From positions 1,421-65,420 of the forward strand of contig CAJTRU010000001.1 in NCBI GenBank assembly GCA_910579085.1: DNA of 64,000 nucleotides, read 5' to 3'. Under the pieces are notes generated by a model. It was not told the DNA's origin, searched no databases, and was given only the letters and a program-made list of their open reading frames with translations. The translations under genes were made by a program, and so were the position numbers. Shown piece after piece: positions 30,353 to 39,500 of the stretch (its first letter is position 1; the number at the start of each line of letters is the position of its first letter). The DNA comes from an uncultured Lachnospiraceae bacterium. GTDB lineage: Bacteria; Bacillota; Clostridia; Lachnospirales; Lachnospiraceae.

Positions 30353-30781
30353 ATGAATAAGAATATTGATGACAATTGTATTTTCTGTAAACTTGCAAAT
30401 GGAAGAATTCCTGCTACTTCAATTTATGAAGATGATGATTTCAAAGTTATACTTGATGCTGCACCTGCTTCAAGGGGACATGCAATAATCCTTCCAAAAA
30501 CACATGCTTCAAATATTTTTGAGCTGCCAGATGAATACTGTGAAAAAATATTTAAAGTTGCAAAGAAGTGTGGAGCTGCAATTAAAAACGCATTTAATTA
30601 TGATGGGTTAAATGTATTACAGAACAATGGTGAAGCTGCTGGACAGACTGTTTTCCATCTGCATGTGCACCTTATTCCGCGTAATATGGATGACGGCATT
30701 ACTATTAAATATGTGCCAGACAACAATATGGATGAAACATCTGCATCACAGACAGCAGAAAAGATTAAAGAATACCTGTAA
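30353..30781 (+). CDS. HIT-family (histidine triad) nucleotide hydrolase
   Basis: The 142-aa product has a CIFCKL zinc-ribbon-like start and the histidine triad HLHVHLIP. Confidence 0.9.
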   Translation: MNKNIDDNCIFCKLANGRIPATSIYEDDDFKVILDAAPASRGHAIILPKTHASNIFELPDEYCEKIFKVAKKCGAAIKNAFNYDGLNVLQNNGEAAGQTVFHLHVHLIPRNMDDGITIKYVPDNNMDETSASQTAEKIKEYL

Positions 30782-30798
30782 AACAGGCAAATCTATAA

Positions 30799-30837
30799 AT
30801 GGCTGTGCTGGCATTACACAACTGCCAGCACAGCCAT
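30799..30837. terminator. bidirectional stem-loop between the convergent HIT and fliS genes
   Basis: A 15-bp perfect stem (ATGGCTGTGCTGGCA pairing with TGCCAGCACAGCCAT) has a 9-nt loop. The flanks are T/A-rich. Confidence 0.7.
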
Positions 30838-30851
30838 TATATAAAACATAT

Positions 30852-31352
30852 CTAAGCCATAAATCCCCTTGACTGTTCATTTCCATTCATAAATACTTCA
30901 TTTAACCTGCCTTTGCCATAAGTCAGCCCGGCATATACCTGTTGTGTATTCTGCATTACTGCACCTGATGTATCCTGCTTTGCCACCTCTGCAAAAGCAC
31001 TGTGAAGGCTTTCCATAACTTTATTTATCTCATCAAATCCAGACAAATCACGCCTTGTTATTGCAGTTACCAGAAGCCCGTTGACATATCTGTACAGGCT
31101 TGCAAGGTTATGTGAAACCTCATACTGGAAGTCCAGGTTTCTTTTAAGTTCACATACACATTCCTGTGCTTTTCTAAGATGCTTTACCACCATGTCTTTA
31201 TCATTATTACCATATGACTGTTTTGCCATATCCATGCTATAAGCAAAAAGTTCATATACAATAACTACAAGGCCACTTCTGTTAGCTTGTGCAATACGTG
31301 CTGTATAACCTCTTAACTGCTCTTTATCCATAAAACCAGCCAGCCTTTCCAT
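30852..31352 (-). CDS. fliS: flagellin-specific export chaperone FliS-like protein
   Basis: It lies directly downstream of flagellin. The helical-bundle pattern with NLASLYRYVNGLL resembles the FliS LYxY motif. The start codon is uncertain (31352 or 31331). Confidence 0.65.
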   Translation of the reverse strand: MERLAGFMDKEQLRGYTARIAQANRSGLVVIVYELFAYSMDMAKQSYGNNDKDMVVKHLRKAQECVCELKRNLDFQYEVSHNLASLYRYVNGLLVTAITRRDLSGFDEINKVMESLHSAFAEVAKQDTSGAVMQNTQQVYAGLTYGKGRLNEVFMNGNEQSRGFMA

Positions 31353-31399
31353 AATGAAAAACGCTGCTTTTGCGCTTTTCCTGATTAGAATTAATCAAT

Positions 31400-32764
31400 C
31401 TATATTCCTTGTAATAAATTCATAATTTCCTGTGGTTTGTTATTTGCCTGTGAAAGCATAGAAGTTGCTGCCTGGGTCAATACTGTAAGCTGTGTATACT
31501 GTGTCATTTCATCTGCCATATCAGTATCCATAATACGTGACATTGAGTTAGTCATATTGTAGCTTGCAACATCAAGGCTTGATACAGTGTCTTCAAGACG
31601 GTTCTCATAAGCACCAAGTTCTGAACGTGCAGCAGAAACCCTTTCAATTGCTGAATCAAGTGATGCAATTGCATTTGCTGCACCGTGTGATGAACACACA
31701 TTTACAAGGCGCTGGCCATTTGCATCACGCAGTGAAAGTGTACTGCATGAAATTTCATCAAAGTTCATATTAAGCATCTGGTTTTCATTACCACCAATCT
31801 GCATTCCCATATATCCTGCATCATATACTTTTAATGTAACTTCCTGCCCTTCTGTTGAACCTTCTGGGTTTTCAGAAGGTATCTCAACCAGCATTTCAAA
31901 GCCGCCATTGTCTTTAATTGTAATATGGCTTCCATTTGTTGAAACCTTAGCATTTTCTGAAAATCCGTCACCAAGTTCTACTTCTACATCTAATCCCATA
32001 AATATCTCATTTGGTTCTCCAGATGAATGTCTTATAAGTATCTGCTGGTTAGCACCCTCTGCTTTAGTAGTAAAAGTAACAGAATTTCCTGCAAATTCTG
32101 CATCAATGTCCATTTTACTACATACATCGAGTATCTTGCTTTCAGCCATTTCATCTGTATCACCTTCTTCAAACTCTATAGTAGTATTATTAAGATACAG
32201 AATACCAGGTATTGTATACTCAACATCTTCGGCAACTGCTGGCTGTGGGGCTGTATTAACGCTAAACGTGTATTCCCCTGCTGGTACTTCTGTTGATGCC
32301 TTAAGTGCCTGTATTCCATCTATATTGCTTGTAACTGTCCTTGATGATGAACCATCTAAAAGCCCTTTGCCATTAAACTCTGTAGTGCTTGAAATACGGT
32401 CTATTTCATCAAGAAGCTGGTCTATCTCATTTTGTGAAGATGCACGGTCATCTACAGTATATGTATCATTTGCATTCTGGACAGCAAGTTCACGTATACG
32501 CTGTAATATAGCAGCAACTTCATTTAATGCACCATCAGCAGTCTGTACAATAGACTGGCCGTCCTCTGAATTCCTTGATGCCTGGTTTAATGCCCTTATC
32601 TGGGTACGCATTTTATTTGAAATTGCAAGCCCTGCTGAGTCATCTGCTGCTTTTGTGATTTTATATCCTGAACTTAATTTTTCAAGACTTGCAGAAACCC
32701 TTCTTTCATCTTTCTTTAAATTTACATTTGCTATCTGCGCTGTTATGTTATGGTTAATTTTCAT
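31400..32764 (-). CDS. fliC: flagellin
   Basis: The 454-aa product has a conserved N-terminal D0/D1 (MKINHNITAQIA...LEKLSSGYKITKAADDSAGLAISNKMRTQIRALNQA). Its C-terminus reads TQLTVLTQAATSMLSQANNKPQEIMNLLQG. Confidence 0.95.
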   Translation of the reverse strand: MKINHNITAQIANVNLKKDERRVSASLEKLSSGYKITKAADDSAGLAISNKMRTQIRALNQASRNSEDGQSIVQTADGALNEVAAILQRIRELAVQNANDTYTVDDRASSQNEIDQLLDEIDRISSTTEFNGKGLLDGSSSRTVTSNIDGIQALKASTEVPAGEYTFSVNTAPQPAVAEDVEYTIPGILYLNNTTIEFEEGDTDEMAESKILDVCSKMDIDAEFAGNSVTFTTKAEGANQQILIRHSSGEPNEIFMGLDVEVELGDGFSENAKVSTNGSHITIKDNGGFEMLVEIPSENPEGSTEGQEVTLKVYDAGYMGMQIGGNENQMLNMNFDEISCSTLSLRDANGQRLVNVCSSHGAANAIASLDSAIERVSAARSELGAYENRLEDTVSSLDVASYNMTNSMSRIMDTDMADEMTQYTQLTVLTQAATSMLSQANNKPQEIMNLLQGI

Positions 32765-32797
32765 CTATATACCATCCTTTCTGTTATATCTGCTTGT

Positions 32798-32861
32798 TTA
32801 AATACCAGGTATTTACTGGTTCTCTATTTGCTTAAATACCAAATATTTACTGGTTCTCTAT
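32798..32861. repeat. tandem duplication (2 x 30 nt, period 34) spanning the 3' end of the 1116-aa gene
   Basis: TTAAATACCAGGTATTTACTGGTTCTCTAT at 32798-32827 and TTAAATACCAAATATTTACTGGTTCTCTAT at 32832-32861 match at 28 of 30 positions. The second copy contains the codons IENQ plus the stop. Confidence 0.85.
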
Positions 32862-35800
32862 ATTTTTAATTATGTCTGAAAGATAACATGCCGTAATCTT
32901 GGCAACTTTATATAAAGAGGCTGTAGAAGCACTATTATCAAGACTGGCCTTTTCATCAATTATGCTGTTATGTACTGCTCCAAGGCTGCATGATATATTT
33001 TTAACCTCAAAACCAGCTTCTTTCATCTCTCTTTTTAATTCCATGCTGTTTGCCTGGACTGCCTCATAACTTTCCCTGTTGCTGCACACAACAAGCCCTT
33101 TTACAGCACCATTTGATATTTTAAATTCTGCTGATATATTTAGCAGCTTTCCAGGTTCACTTTCTGTACCAGCATTACCAACAGAGATTTTTACTTTGCC
33201 CTTATCACCCTGGCCGCTTAATATTGTTACATTCATGTTTGTAATTGTATCACCAGTAACTATAGGTATATCATAGCTTCTTCTGCCTGCCATCATCCCA
33301 TGTAACTGTATTCCCCTGCCAAGGGACTTAAGTTTCATAAGTTCATCTGATGTAATATCAGGTGCACAGTATGACCTTGAAAGGACTTCTTCCATATATT
33401 TCCTTGTTTTGTCACACTCTGCTTTTATGCTTTCCTCAGAACCAAGGGACTCCGCCATGCTGTCCGCTGTTTCTTCAAATTCTTTCTTTTCTTTTTCACC
33501 TAAAATATTCCTTCTGGCATAACAGTCTTTTACAGGACTGTAACCTTCTTTAAGCATCTGGATTGCAGCACCCAGCGATGCCACTGTAGAAGGGATTTGC
33601 ATATTGGCAAGGTAAAGGTCTGCTTCAACACGGTTCTGCATCATATCACGCACTTCCTCTGCCTGCTTGTCATAGTATTCCCTCATCAGTTTATTTTCTG
33701 GTGACCTGGATTTCATCTCTTCTGCAAACTTTTCAAGTGAAGTATTAAGAAGTTTCTCCATATCACCATCAGACATTTCATTTACACTGTCAGGTGTAAT
33801 ATTATCTATTGCCTCTGAAACAAGCCCCTGGTAATACCTGTTGCCACTGCTGCCCTCTTCTTTGTTATCTGGGTTAAAGCCGCTGTCAATCTGTGTTGTT
33901 ATAGGCTTGCTGTGGTATACAAGCCCTTCAAGCCTGCCATAGTTATTATCAACTTCTACATCAATGCCTTTTCCTTTAATGCTTCTTACAGCAGAAAGGA
34001 GGTTTCCAAGTGTCATTTCCCTTTTGCTTTGTATAACTGCACCAATTGCAGCACCATCTGTTTTTTCTATGTTATTAAGCAGCCTGTAAACTCCTATATA
34101 GCCGTCCCTTTCCTGCTCTGTTATTGAATTACTTCTTTCTAACTGCCATAAATACCTGCTGTACTTTTCTTCTGGCGTAACCCCTTTATTAGAAGCAATT
34201 CCTGTAAGTTCCTTATCAAGCTCTTCTATTGACTTATCAAGCGGGTTATTGCCATTCCTTATTATATCAAGTACAACTGATGGTTTCATATTGTCAATTA
34301 TCCTGTTAAGTGAAGCATCATATTCTTTAACAGCATTAATATTATCTTCTGTAATCTCCATGCTGTTATATCCAAGAATTCTGACAGCCCTCTCATTTGC
34401 CTGTGTATTTTCAAGCCCAAGGCTCTGTAAAATATCAGGCACACTTCTCTGGAATGCTTTCTCAATGGAGTCACCAAAGTTCTTATCTGGCTCTGTTGCA
34501 ACCTTTTCATAAATCTCCATAAACTGGCTTTTATTAGCCGTTTCACTTACGGCAGCAGCATGGAGTTCATTAAATGATATAAGGTTCATCTGCCTTATGC
34601 CCATTCCAATTACTGATGCAGGTGCATTTGCAATATCAGATGTCTTCTGTAAAGCTTCCTGCATAAGCCCAAGTTCTTTGTCTGCCATTTCTGCTGATAT
34701 GCCATATCTTGACATATAGTAAGCATTTTCTATATCCCTTAATTCTTTTACAATATTCTCAAGAGGTGCAGTTTCAATATTTATGCCTTTGCCTGCCATT
34801 ATTCCAACGGACTGCACTGTCATTTTAAGACATATTTCAGCTATATTCTTCTTAGCTATAACTGCCTGTATCTCCTGTTCTGACATGCCATCTGCTATAT
34901 TAACTGGTATAACTGCTGTGCTGCCAGCACTATTGTTTTCATTTTCACTGGCTGCCTGTTTTAAAAGTGCAAGGTTTAATTCCTGTACTTCACCATTCCC
35001 GCCTGTATTATATTGTATTGCATTATTAGCAATTATCTTAATGGCGGTAACTATATCCCCGTCATTTACCTCATTAAAGCTGTTAATCCAGTCCCTTGCT
35101 ATTGTAAACTGTGATGTATCAAGCAGTGCCTGTTCTGCCTCACTCCCTGCCGCCATAGCCTGTACAACCTGAACAAGGGCCTTGTCAAGTGTCATATTGT
35201 CCTTAATATCACGCAGCACATCAAGAGTCCTTAAATTATCTATTGTTACCGGCAGGTCATTGGCTAAAAGCCACTTTGCATCCTCTGAGGCAGTCTGCTG
35301 GTTAAGCCCTGCTATATCTATAATATCTTCAATCTGCCCTTTCAGTGAATCCCATATCTCCTTATCATATACAGATAAATCATAAGCATTACTTACTGAG
35401 AACTGCCCATGATAAATATTTTCAATAGTAGGGGACATTCCCTTGCTTATTATATATGATTTCGCCTTGTCGGACATATCCCCAGCAACCAGGCTCATCT
35501 GCAAAGCTGAAACTACCCTTGATATATTTTCAAGTGTAGGTGGTATATCGGCTTCACGTAAAACCTGGGCAATCTGCGACTCACTTTTCTGGTCAAGGAA
35601 ACCTTGTTTCTGGATATTTTCAAGGCCTTCTTTAAGCTGCTGGCACAATTCCTTGTTACTTTCCTGGTAAAACTCTTTCCACTCTTTCTGTTCCTTGATT
35701 TTCTGTGCAGCACGTTCCAGGTCTTCTTCCCTGCAATCCTCTATATTTCCTTCTTCTTTCTCAATACTTGCATAATCCTCACCCGTAAGGATAGCTATAT

Positions 35801-36197
35801 TTTTAACTGCTTCTTTGTCTTCCGCTGCCACTTGCGCGTTGCCTTTATTGTTGTTATTACTGTAGACCCCGGCATTATCTGGCGCTTTTGTACTTACCAG
35901 CGCCCTGGTGCTGCCCTGGTTGTAAGTATTTCCAACCTCTTTCAGTACAATATTGTCTTTCGACACATCCATGATTTGAAATTTCCTTGTTTCGCCTTCC
36001 GTGGCTCCGCGTACTGCGGAATGGGGTACTGCAACCTCTATTCCGTTAAAGCTGATGGAAATCTTATCTGATACTTTTGATATCACCCCTTCTACTACCT
36101 GGCCCTTTTTCCCTATAGACAGAAACGGGCTTCTGTCTGGCATAACGCCTGTTCTTGCCACCTGGCCAGGCTGGTGCATAATATCTTTAATATTCAT
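32847..36197 (-). CDS. large (1116 aa) uncharacterised flagellar-locus protein with a FliK-like C-terminal region
   Basis: A long uninterrupted ORF sits immediately upstream of fliC on the same strand. The product is mostly helical and acidic. The C-terminal ~120 aa (NMNVTILSG..VKISVGN..LNISAEFKISNGAVKGLVVCSNRESYEAVQANSMELKREMKEAGFEVKNIS) resembles the hook-length-control (Flg_hook) pattern. I recall DUF6240-type annotation but could not verify it. Confidence 0.5.
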   Translation of the reverse strand: MNIKDIMHQPGQVARTGVMPDRSPFLSIGKKGQVVEGVISKVSDKISISFNGIEVAVPHSAVRGATEGETRKFQIMDVSKDNIVLKEVGNTYNQGSTRALVSTKAPDNAGVYSNNNNKGNAQVAAEDKEAVKNIAILTGEDYASIEKEEGNIEDCREEDLERAAQKIKEQKEWKEFYQESNKELCQQLKEGLENIQKQGFLDQKSESQIAQVLREADIPPTLENISRVVSALQMSLVAGDMSDKAKSYIISKGMSPTIENIYHGQFSVSNAYDLSVYDKEIWDSLKGQIEDIIDIAGLNQQTASEDAKWLLANDLPVTIDNLRTLDVLRDIKDNMTLDKALVQVVQAMAAGSEAEQALLDTSQFTIARDWINSFNEVNDGDIVTAIKIIANNAIQYNTGGNGEVQELNLALLKQAASENENNSAGSTAVIPVNIADGMSEQEIQAVIAKKNIAEICLKMTVQSVGIMAGKGINIETAPLENIVKELRDIENAYYMSRYGISAEMADKELGLMQEALQKTSDIANAPASVIGMGIRQMNLISFNELHAAAVSETANKSQFMEIYEKVATEPDKNFGDSIEKAFQRSVPDILQSLGLENTQANERAVRILGYNSMEITEDNINAVKEYDASLNRIIDNMKPSVVLDIIRNGNNPLDKSIEELDKELTGIASNKGVTPEEKYSRYLWQLERSNSITEQERDGYIGVYRLLNNIEKTDGAAIGAVIQSKREMTLGNLLSAVRSIKGKGIDVEVDNNYGRLEGLVYHSKPITTQIDSGFNPDNKEEGSSGNRYYQGLVSEAIDNITPDSVNEMSDGDMEKLLNTSLEKFAEEMKSRSPENKLMREYYDKQAEEVRDMMQNRVEADLYLANMQIPSTVASLGAAIQMLKEGYSPVKDCYARRNILGEKEKKEFEETADSMAESLGSEESIKAECDKTRKYMEEVLSRSYCAPDITSDELMKLKSLGRGIQLHGMMAGRRSYDIPIVTGDTITNMNVTILSGQGDKGKVKISVGNAGTESEPGKLLNISAEFKISNGAVKGLVVCSNRESYEAVQANSMELKREMKEAGFEVKNISCSLGAVHNSIIDEKASLDNSASTASLYKVAKITACYLSDIIKNIENQ

Positions 36198-36311
36198 AGA
36201 CTTCTCACCGTATGTACCTTTCTTAAAATATCTTTATATATCTACTTAATTAAATCGGCATATTAACAGAATATCTTTAACCAGGCAGTTTAAAAAGAAC
36301 CTGGTTAAAAC

Positions 36312-36345
36312 CAAAAAGGACAGGCGTTTTACCGCCTGCCTTTAT
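36312..36345 (-). terminator. rho-independent terminator after thrS
   Basis: The minus-strand RNA AGGCAGGCG-GUAAAA-CGCCUGUCC is followed by UUUUUGGUUUU. It lies about 30 nt after the thrS stop. Confidence 0.75.
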
Positions 36346-36375
36346 ATACACTGGATACTGCCAGGAATATTTGTC

Positions 36376-38370
36376 TTATTCCTGTTTGTCCTCTTCTGTT
36401 ACTTCTTCTTTACGTATTTCCTTTGTGCGTATTTCCTTGCATATGCTATCTATAAATTCCTGTAAATCTTTCTGTCCCTCATCACCTGCAAAACGGCTTC
36501 TTACAGATACCTTTCCTGTCTCTTCTTCCTTTGCCCCTACAACAAGCATATATGGCAGTTTATCAAGCCTTGCCTCACGTATTTTATAGCCAATCTTTTC
36601 AGAGCGGTTGTCAACTGTTGCATCTATCCCGTTTTTCTTAAGTTCTGCAAGGACACTTTCTGCATAATCCTTATATTTTTCAGAAATAGGAAGCACCCTG
36701 GCCTGTTCAGGACAAAGCCATGTAGGGAATTTGCCTGCATATTTTTCAATAAGCCATGCAAGTGTACGCTCATAACATCCCATAGATGTCCTGTGTATAA
36801 TATATGGGCGCTTTTTATCCCCGTTTTCATCTATATAATACATATCAAAACGTTCTGAAAGGAACATATCAAGCTGTACTGTAATCATTGTATCTTCCTT
36901 GCCATACACATTCTTTGCCTGTATATCCAGCTTAGGGCCGTAAAAAGCTGCTTCACCTGCCTCTTCTGTATATTCAAGCCCTATAGCATCAAGAATTTCA
37001 CGCATTGCATTTTCTACCTTATCCCACTCATCTGCTGTTCCAAGGTATTTATCTGTATTTTCAGGGTCCCACTTGGACATGCGGTATGTTACATCCTCCT
37101 CTAAGCCAAGTGTTTTAAGGCAGTACCTTGCAAGTTCAACACAGTTCTTAAATTCATCTGCAATCTGCTCTGGTGTACACACAAGATGCCCCTCTGAAAT
37201 AGTAAACTGGCGCACACGTGTAAGCCCATGCATTTCCCCAGACTCTTCATTACGGAAAAGTGTCGATGTTTCACCCATCCTGTATGGAAGGTCTCTGTAT
37301 GATTTCTGTCTTGCCTTATAAACATAATACTGGAACGGGCATGTCATAGGACGCAGTGCAAAAATGTCATTTCCTGATATGCTGTTGCCTTCCTCGTCTT
37401 CGTCATCTTCACCAAGAATAAACATACCTTCTTTATAGTGTCCCCAGTGGTCAGAAATTTTATATAAATCTGACTTTGCCATAAGTGGTGTCCTTGTCCT
37501 TACATAGCCCCACTCGTTATCCTCAAGGTCTTCAATCCAGCGCTGGAGTTTCTGTATCATTTTTGTTCCCTTTGGCATAAGAAGCGGAAGGCCCTGCCCG
37601 ATTACATCCACAGTTGTAAATAAATCCATGTCGCGTCCAAGTTTATTATGGTCACGGTTCTTAATATCCTCAAGATATGCAAGGTACTCTTCTAAATCCT
37701 GCTTTTTATTAAATGCAGTTCCATATATACGTGTAAGCATTTTATTATGCTCATCACCTCTCCAGTATGCACCTGAAGAAGAAGTAAGTTTAAATGCCTT
37801 AATCTGCTTTGTACTCATAAGATGAGGCCCTGCACAAAATTCCACAAAATCCCCCTGTTTATAAAATGTAAGGGTATCTGTACCAGGATGTTCATTAATC
37901 ATTTCAACCTTGTAAGGCTCATCCCTTTCCGTCATAAGTTTTACAGCTTCTTCTTTAGAAAGGGTATACCTCTCAAGCTTTTCACCTTTTTTAATGATTT
38001 TCTTCATTTCCTTTTCAATATTGTCAAGTTCCTCCCTTGAAAGGCTTGGCATATCAAAATCATAGTAGAAACCATTATCTATTGCAGGCCCTATTGTAAG
38101 CTTTGCCCCAGGATAAAGGTTCTGTACCGCTTCAGCCATAACATGTGCACATGTGTGGCGGTAAGCTTTCTTTCCTCCTTCACTGTCAAATGTAAGTATA
38201 TTTAATTCACAATCCTTGTCAACTACAGTACGTAAATCAACAACATTGCCATCAACTTCAGCAGCACATGCCACCCTGGCAAGCCCCTCACTAATATCTG
38301 CTGCAATATCAATTACAGCCATTCCAGAATTATACTCTTTAAATGAGCCGTCTTTTAAAGTTATCTTCAT
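36376..38370 (-). CDS. thrS: threonine--tRNA ligase
   Basis: The 664-aa product has a TGS-domain start (MKITLKDGSFKEY), an editing domain and class II catalytic core motifs. Confidence 0.95.
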   Translation of the reverse strand: MKITLKDGSFKEYNSGMAVIDIAADISEGLARVACAAEVDGNVVDLRTVVDKDCELNILTFDSEGGKKAYRHTCAHVMAEAVQNLYPGAKLTIGPAIDNGFYYDFDMPSLSREELDNIEKEMKKIIKKGEKLERYTLSKEEAVKLMTERDEPYKVEMINEHPGTDTLTFYKQGDFVEFCAGPHLMSTKQIKAFKLTSSSGAYWRGDEHNKMLTRIYGTAFNKKQDLEEYLAYLEDIKNRDHNKLGRDMDLFTTVDVIGQGLPLLMPKGTKMIQKLQRWIEDLEDNEWGYVRTRTPLMAKSDLYKISDHWGHYKEGMFILGEDDEDEEGNSISGNDIFALRPMTCPFQYYVYKARQKSYRDLPYRMGETSTLFRNEESGEMHGLTRVRQFTISEGHLVCTPEQIADEFKNCVELARYCLKTLGLEEDVTYRMSKWDPENTDKYLGTADEWDKVENAMREILDAIGLEYTEEAGEAAFYGPKLDIQAKNVYGKEDTMITVQLDMFLSERFDMYYIDENGDKKRPYIIHRTSMGCYERTLAWLIEKYAGKFPTWLCPEQARVLPISEKYKDYAESVLAELKKNGIDATVDNRSEKIGYKIREARLDKLPYMLVVGAKEEETGKVSVRSRFAGDEGQKDLQEFIDSICKEIRTKEIRKEEVTEEDKQE

Positions 38371-38494
38371 AATTTACACCAAGCCCCAAACGGAAATGCC
38401 TGCATTTCCATATGAAGCGCAAACACAGAGAGGTGAAAGATTTGTGTTTGCATTTTATCCTTTCTTATATTTTTCTTTCACCATTTTCCATCTA

Positions 38495-38745
38495 AAAATA
38501 AAAAGCCCCTTCTGGCAAAATGCCAAAAGGGACGTTACATTCTAAGCAGCGCGGTTCCACCCTGGTTCAATGGAATAAAATTCCATTGCAGCTTTCACTA
38601 ACTATAACGTAGTTACCGGACCGGATTAGGGCCACTCCAAGGCAGTCTTCAGCTATAATGCAATAAGATGTTCACAGCCACCATCTCTCTCTTGGATTGC
38701 ATACCTATAACCTACTCTTCTTATCAACGTGTTTTGTGTATTATT
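38495..38745 (-). promoter_or_regulatory. T-box leader (Thr) with terminator
   Basis: These elements are read on the minus strand. The AGAGAGA GA-motif is present, and a candidate ACU specifier sits in GAAGACUGCC. The consensus T-box AACCAGGGUGGAACCGCGC is at 38549-38567. The terminator hairpin CCCUUUUGGCA-UUU-UGCCAGAAGGGG is followed by a U-run (38495-38535). Confidence 0.88.
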
Positions 38746-38756
38746 TTTATTGATGT

Positions 38757-38785
38757 ATTTTATATCAGTAAAAGAAGTTTGTCAA
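38757..38785 (-). promoter_or_regulatory. sigma-A-type promoter of the thrS leader
   Basis: On the minus strand, TTGACA (38780-38785), a 17-nt spacer and TAAAAT (38757-38762). Confidence 0.65.
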
Positions 38786-38848
38786 GATAAAAATAATTAA
38801 ATGGCATGGTTTTACACAAGCGCAAAATAACTGTAAACCATCCTAATA

Positions 38849-39058
38849 CTAATCAAAATAAAATAGTTCTTCAAATTTTTTACCAAGTGCAATGCATAAT
38901 ACAAGTGCCAGCTTTGCAGTAGGGCTAAATTGTCCTGTTTCAATAGAACTAATTGTATTACGGGAAACCCCCACCATTTCTGCAAGCTGGTTTTGTGACA
39001 ATTCCAGCTCTGCCCTTGCTTCCTTTAAATGGTTTTTTAATATAAGTTTACCGTCCAG
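38849..39058 (-). CDS. small XRE-family HTH regulator (69 aa) with an apparent CTG start
   Basis: This gene is not in the ORF track. It translates as (L/M)DGKLILKNHLKEARAELELSQNQLAEMVGVSRNTISSIETGQFSPTAKLALVLCIALGKKFEELFYFD. AGGAGG lies 7 nt upstream of the CTG at 39056-39058. An in-frame TAA five codons upstream excludes any ATG, GTG or TTG start before the HTH. Confidence 0.7.
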   Translation of the reverse strand: MDGKLILKNHLKEARAELELSQNQLAEMVGVSRNTISSIETGQFSPTAKLALVLCIALGKKFEELFYFD

Positions 39059-39103
39059 ACTGCCACCTCCTTAAATAAAAATCATTATCTTACCATTTTT
39101 TAC

Positions 39104-39409
39104 TTAATGGCCCATAAAAAAACGTATAGTTGAAACAACGAAAACTACAACCATAATTATAGTAATAACTAAATTTGATTTATCCCTGCATTTTATATAC
39201 CTGTAAAAATTACCAACAGCCACTGAAATGCTGGTGGTAGCAACCAGGTCCATTATTGGATAACCTTTCATATCCCCAATAAATGAAAAAACACCAACAG
39301 CAATGACCATTGAAATATAAGTCCATTTAATAGATTTATCCCTAATCTGTACTTCCATTTCATCATTGTTTTCATTTTGTGCTTTTCTTAAAATTTCTTC
39401 CCTGTCCAT
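39104..39409 (-). CDS. small three-TM membrane protein paired with the XRE regulator (DUF6442-like, from memory)
   Basis: The 101-aa ORF has a GGGGGA RBS. A charged N-terminus is followed by hydrophobic segments. It sits directly upstream of the HTH gene. Confidence 0.6.
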   Translation of the reverse strand: MDREEILRKAQNENNDEMEVQIRDKSIKWTYISMVIAVGVFSFIGDMKGYPIMDLVATTSISVAVGNFYRYIKCRDKSNLVITIIMVVVFVVSTIRFFMGH

Positions 39410-39500
39410 TAAAATCCCCCATCAGTTTGACAAATTTTATTTGCAATACAATAATACTATAGCCAAGTTTTCTTGTCAATAATATCCGCTTAGAAAATAC

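Noticed and set aside
31908-32801. 297-aa plus-strand Ser-rich ORF
   Set aside because: It is antisense to the flagellin gene, whose identity is unambiguous, and it has no start context.
32765-32862. Sigma-28 (FliA/SigD)-type promoter upstream of fliC
   Set aside because: A GCAGATAT -10-like motif is present, but no TAAA lies at the required 15-16-nt spacing (the nearest gives about 19 nt). I cannot support the call.
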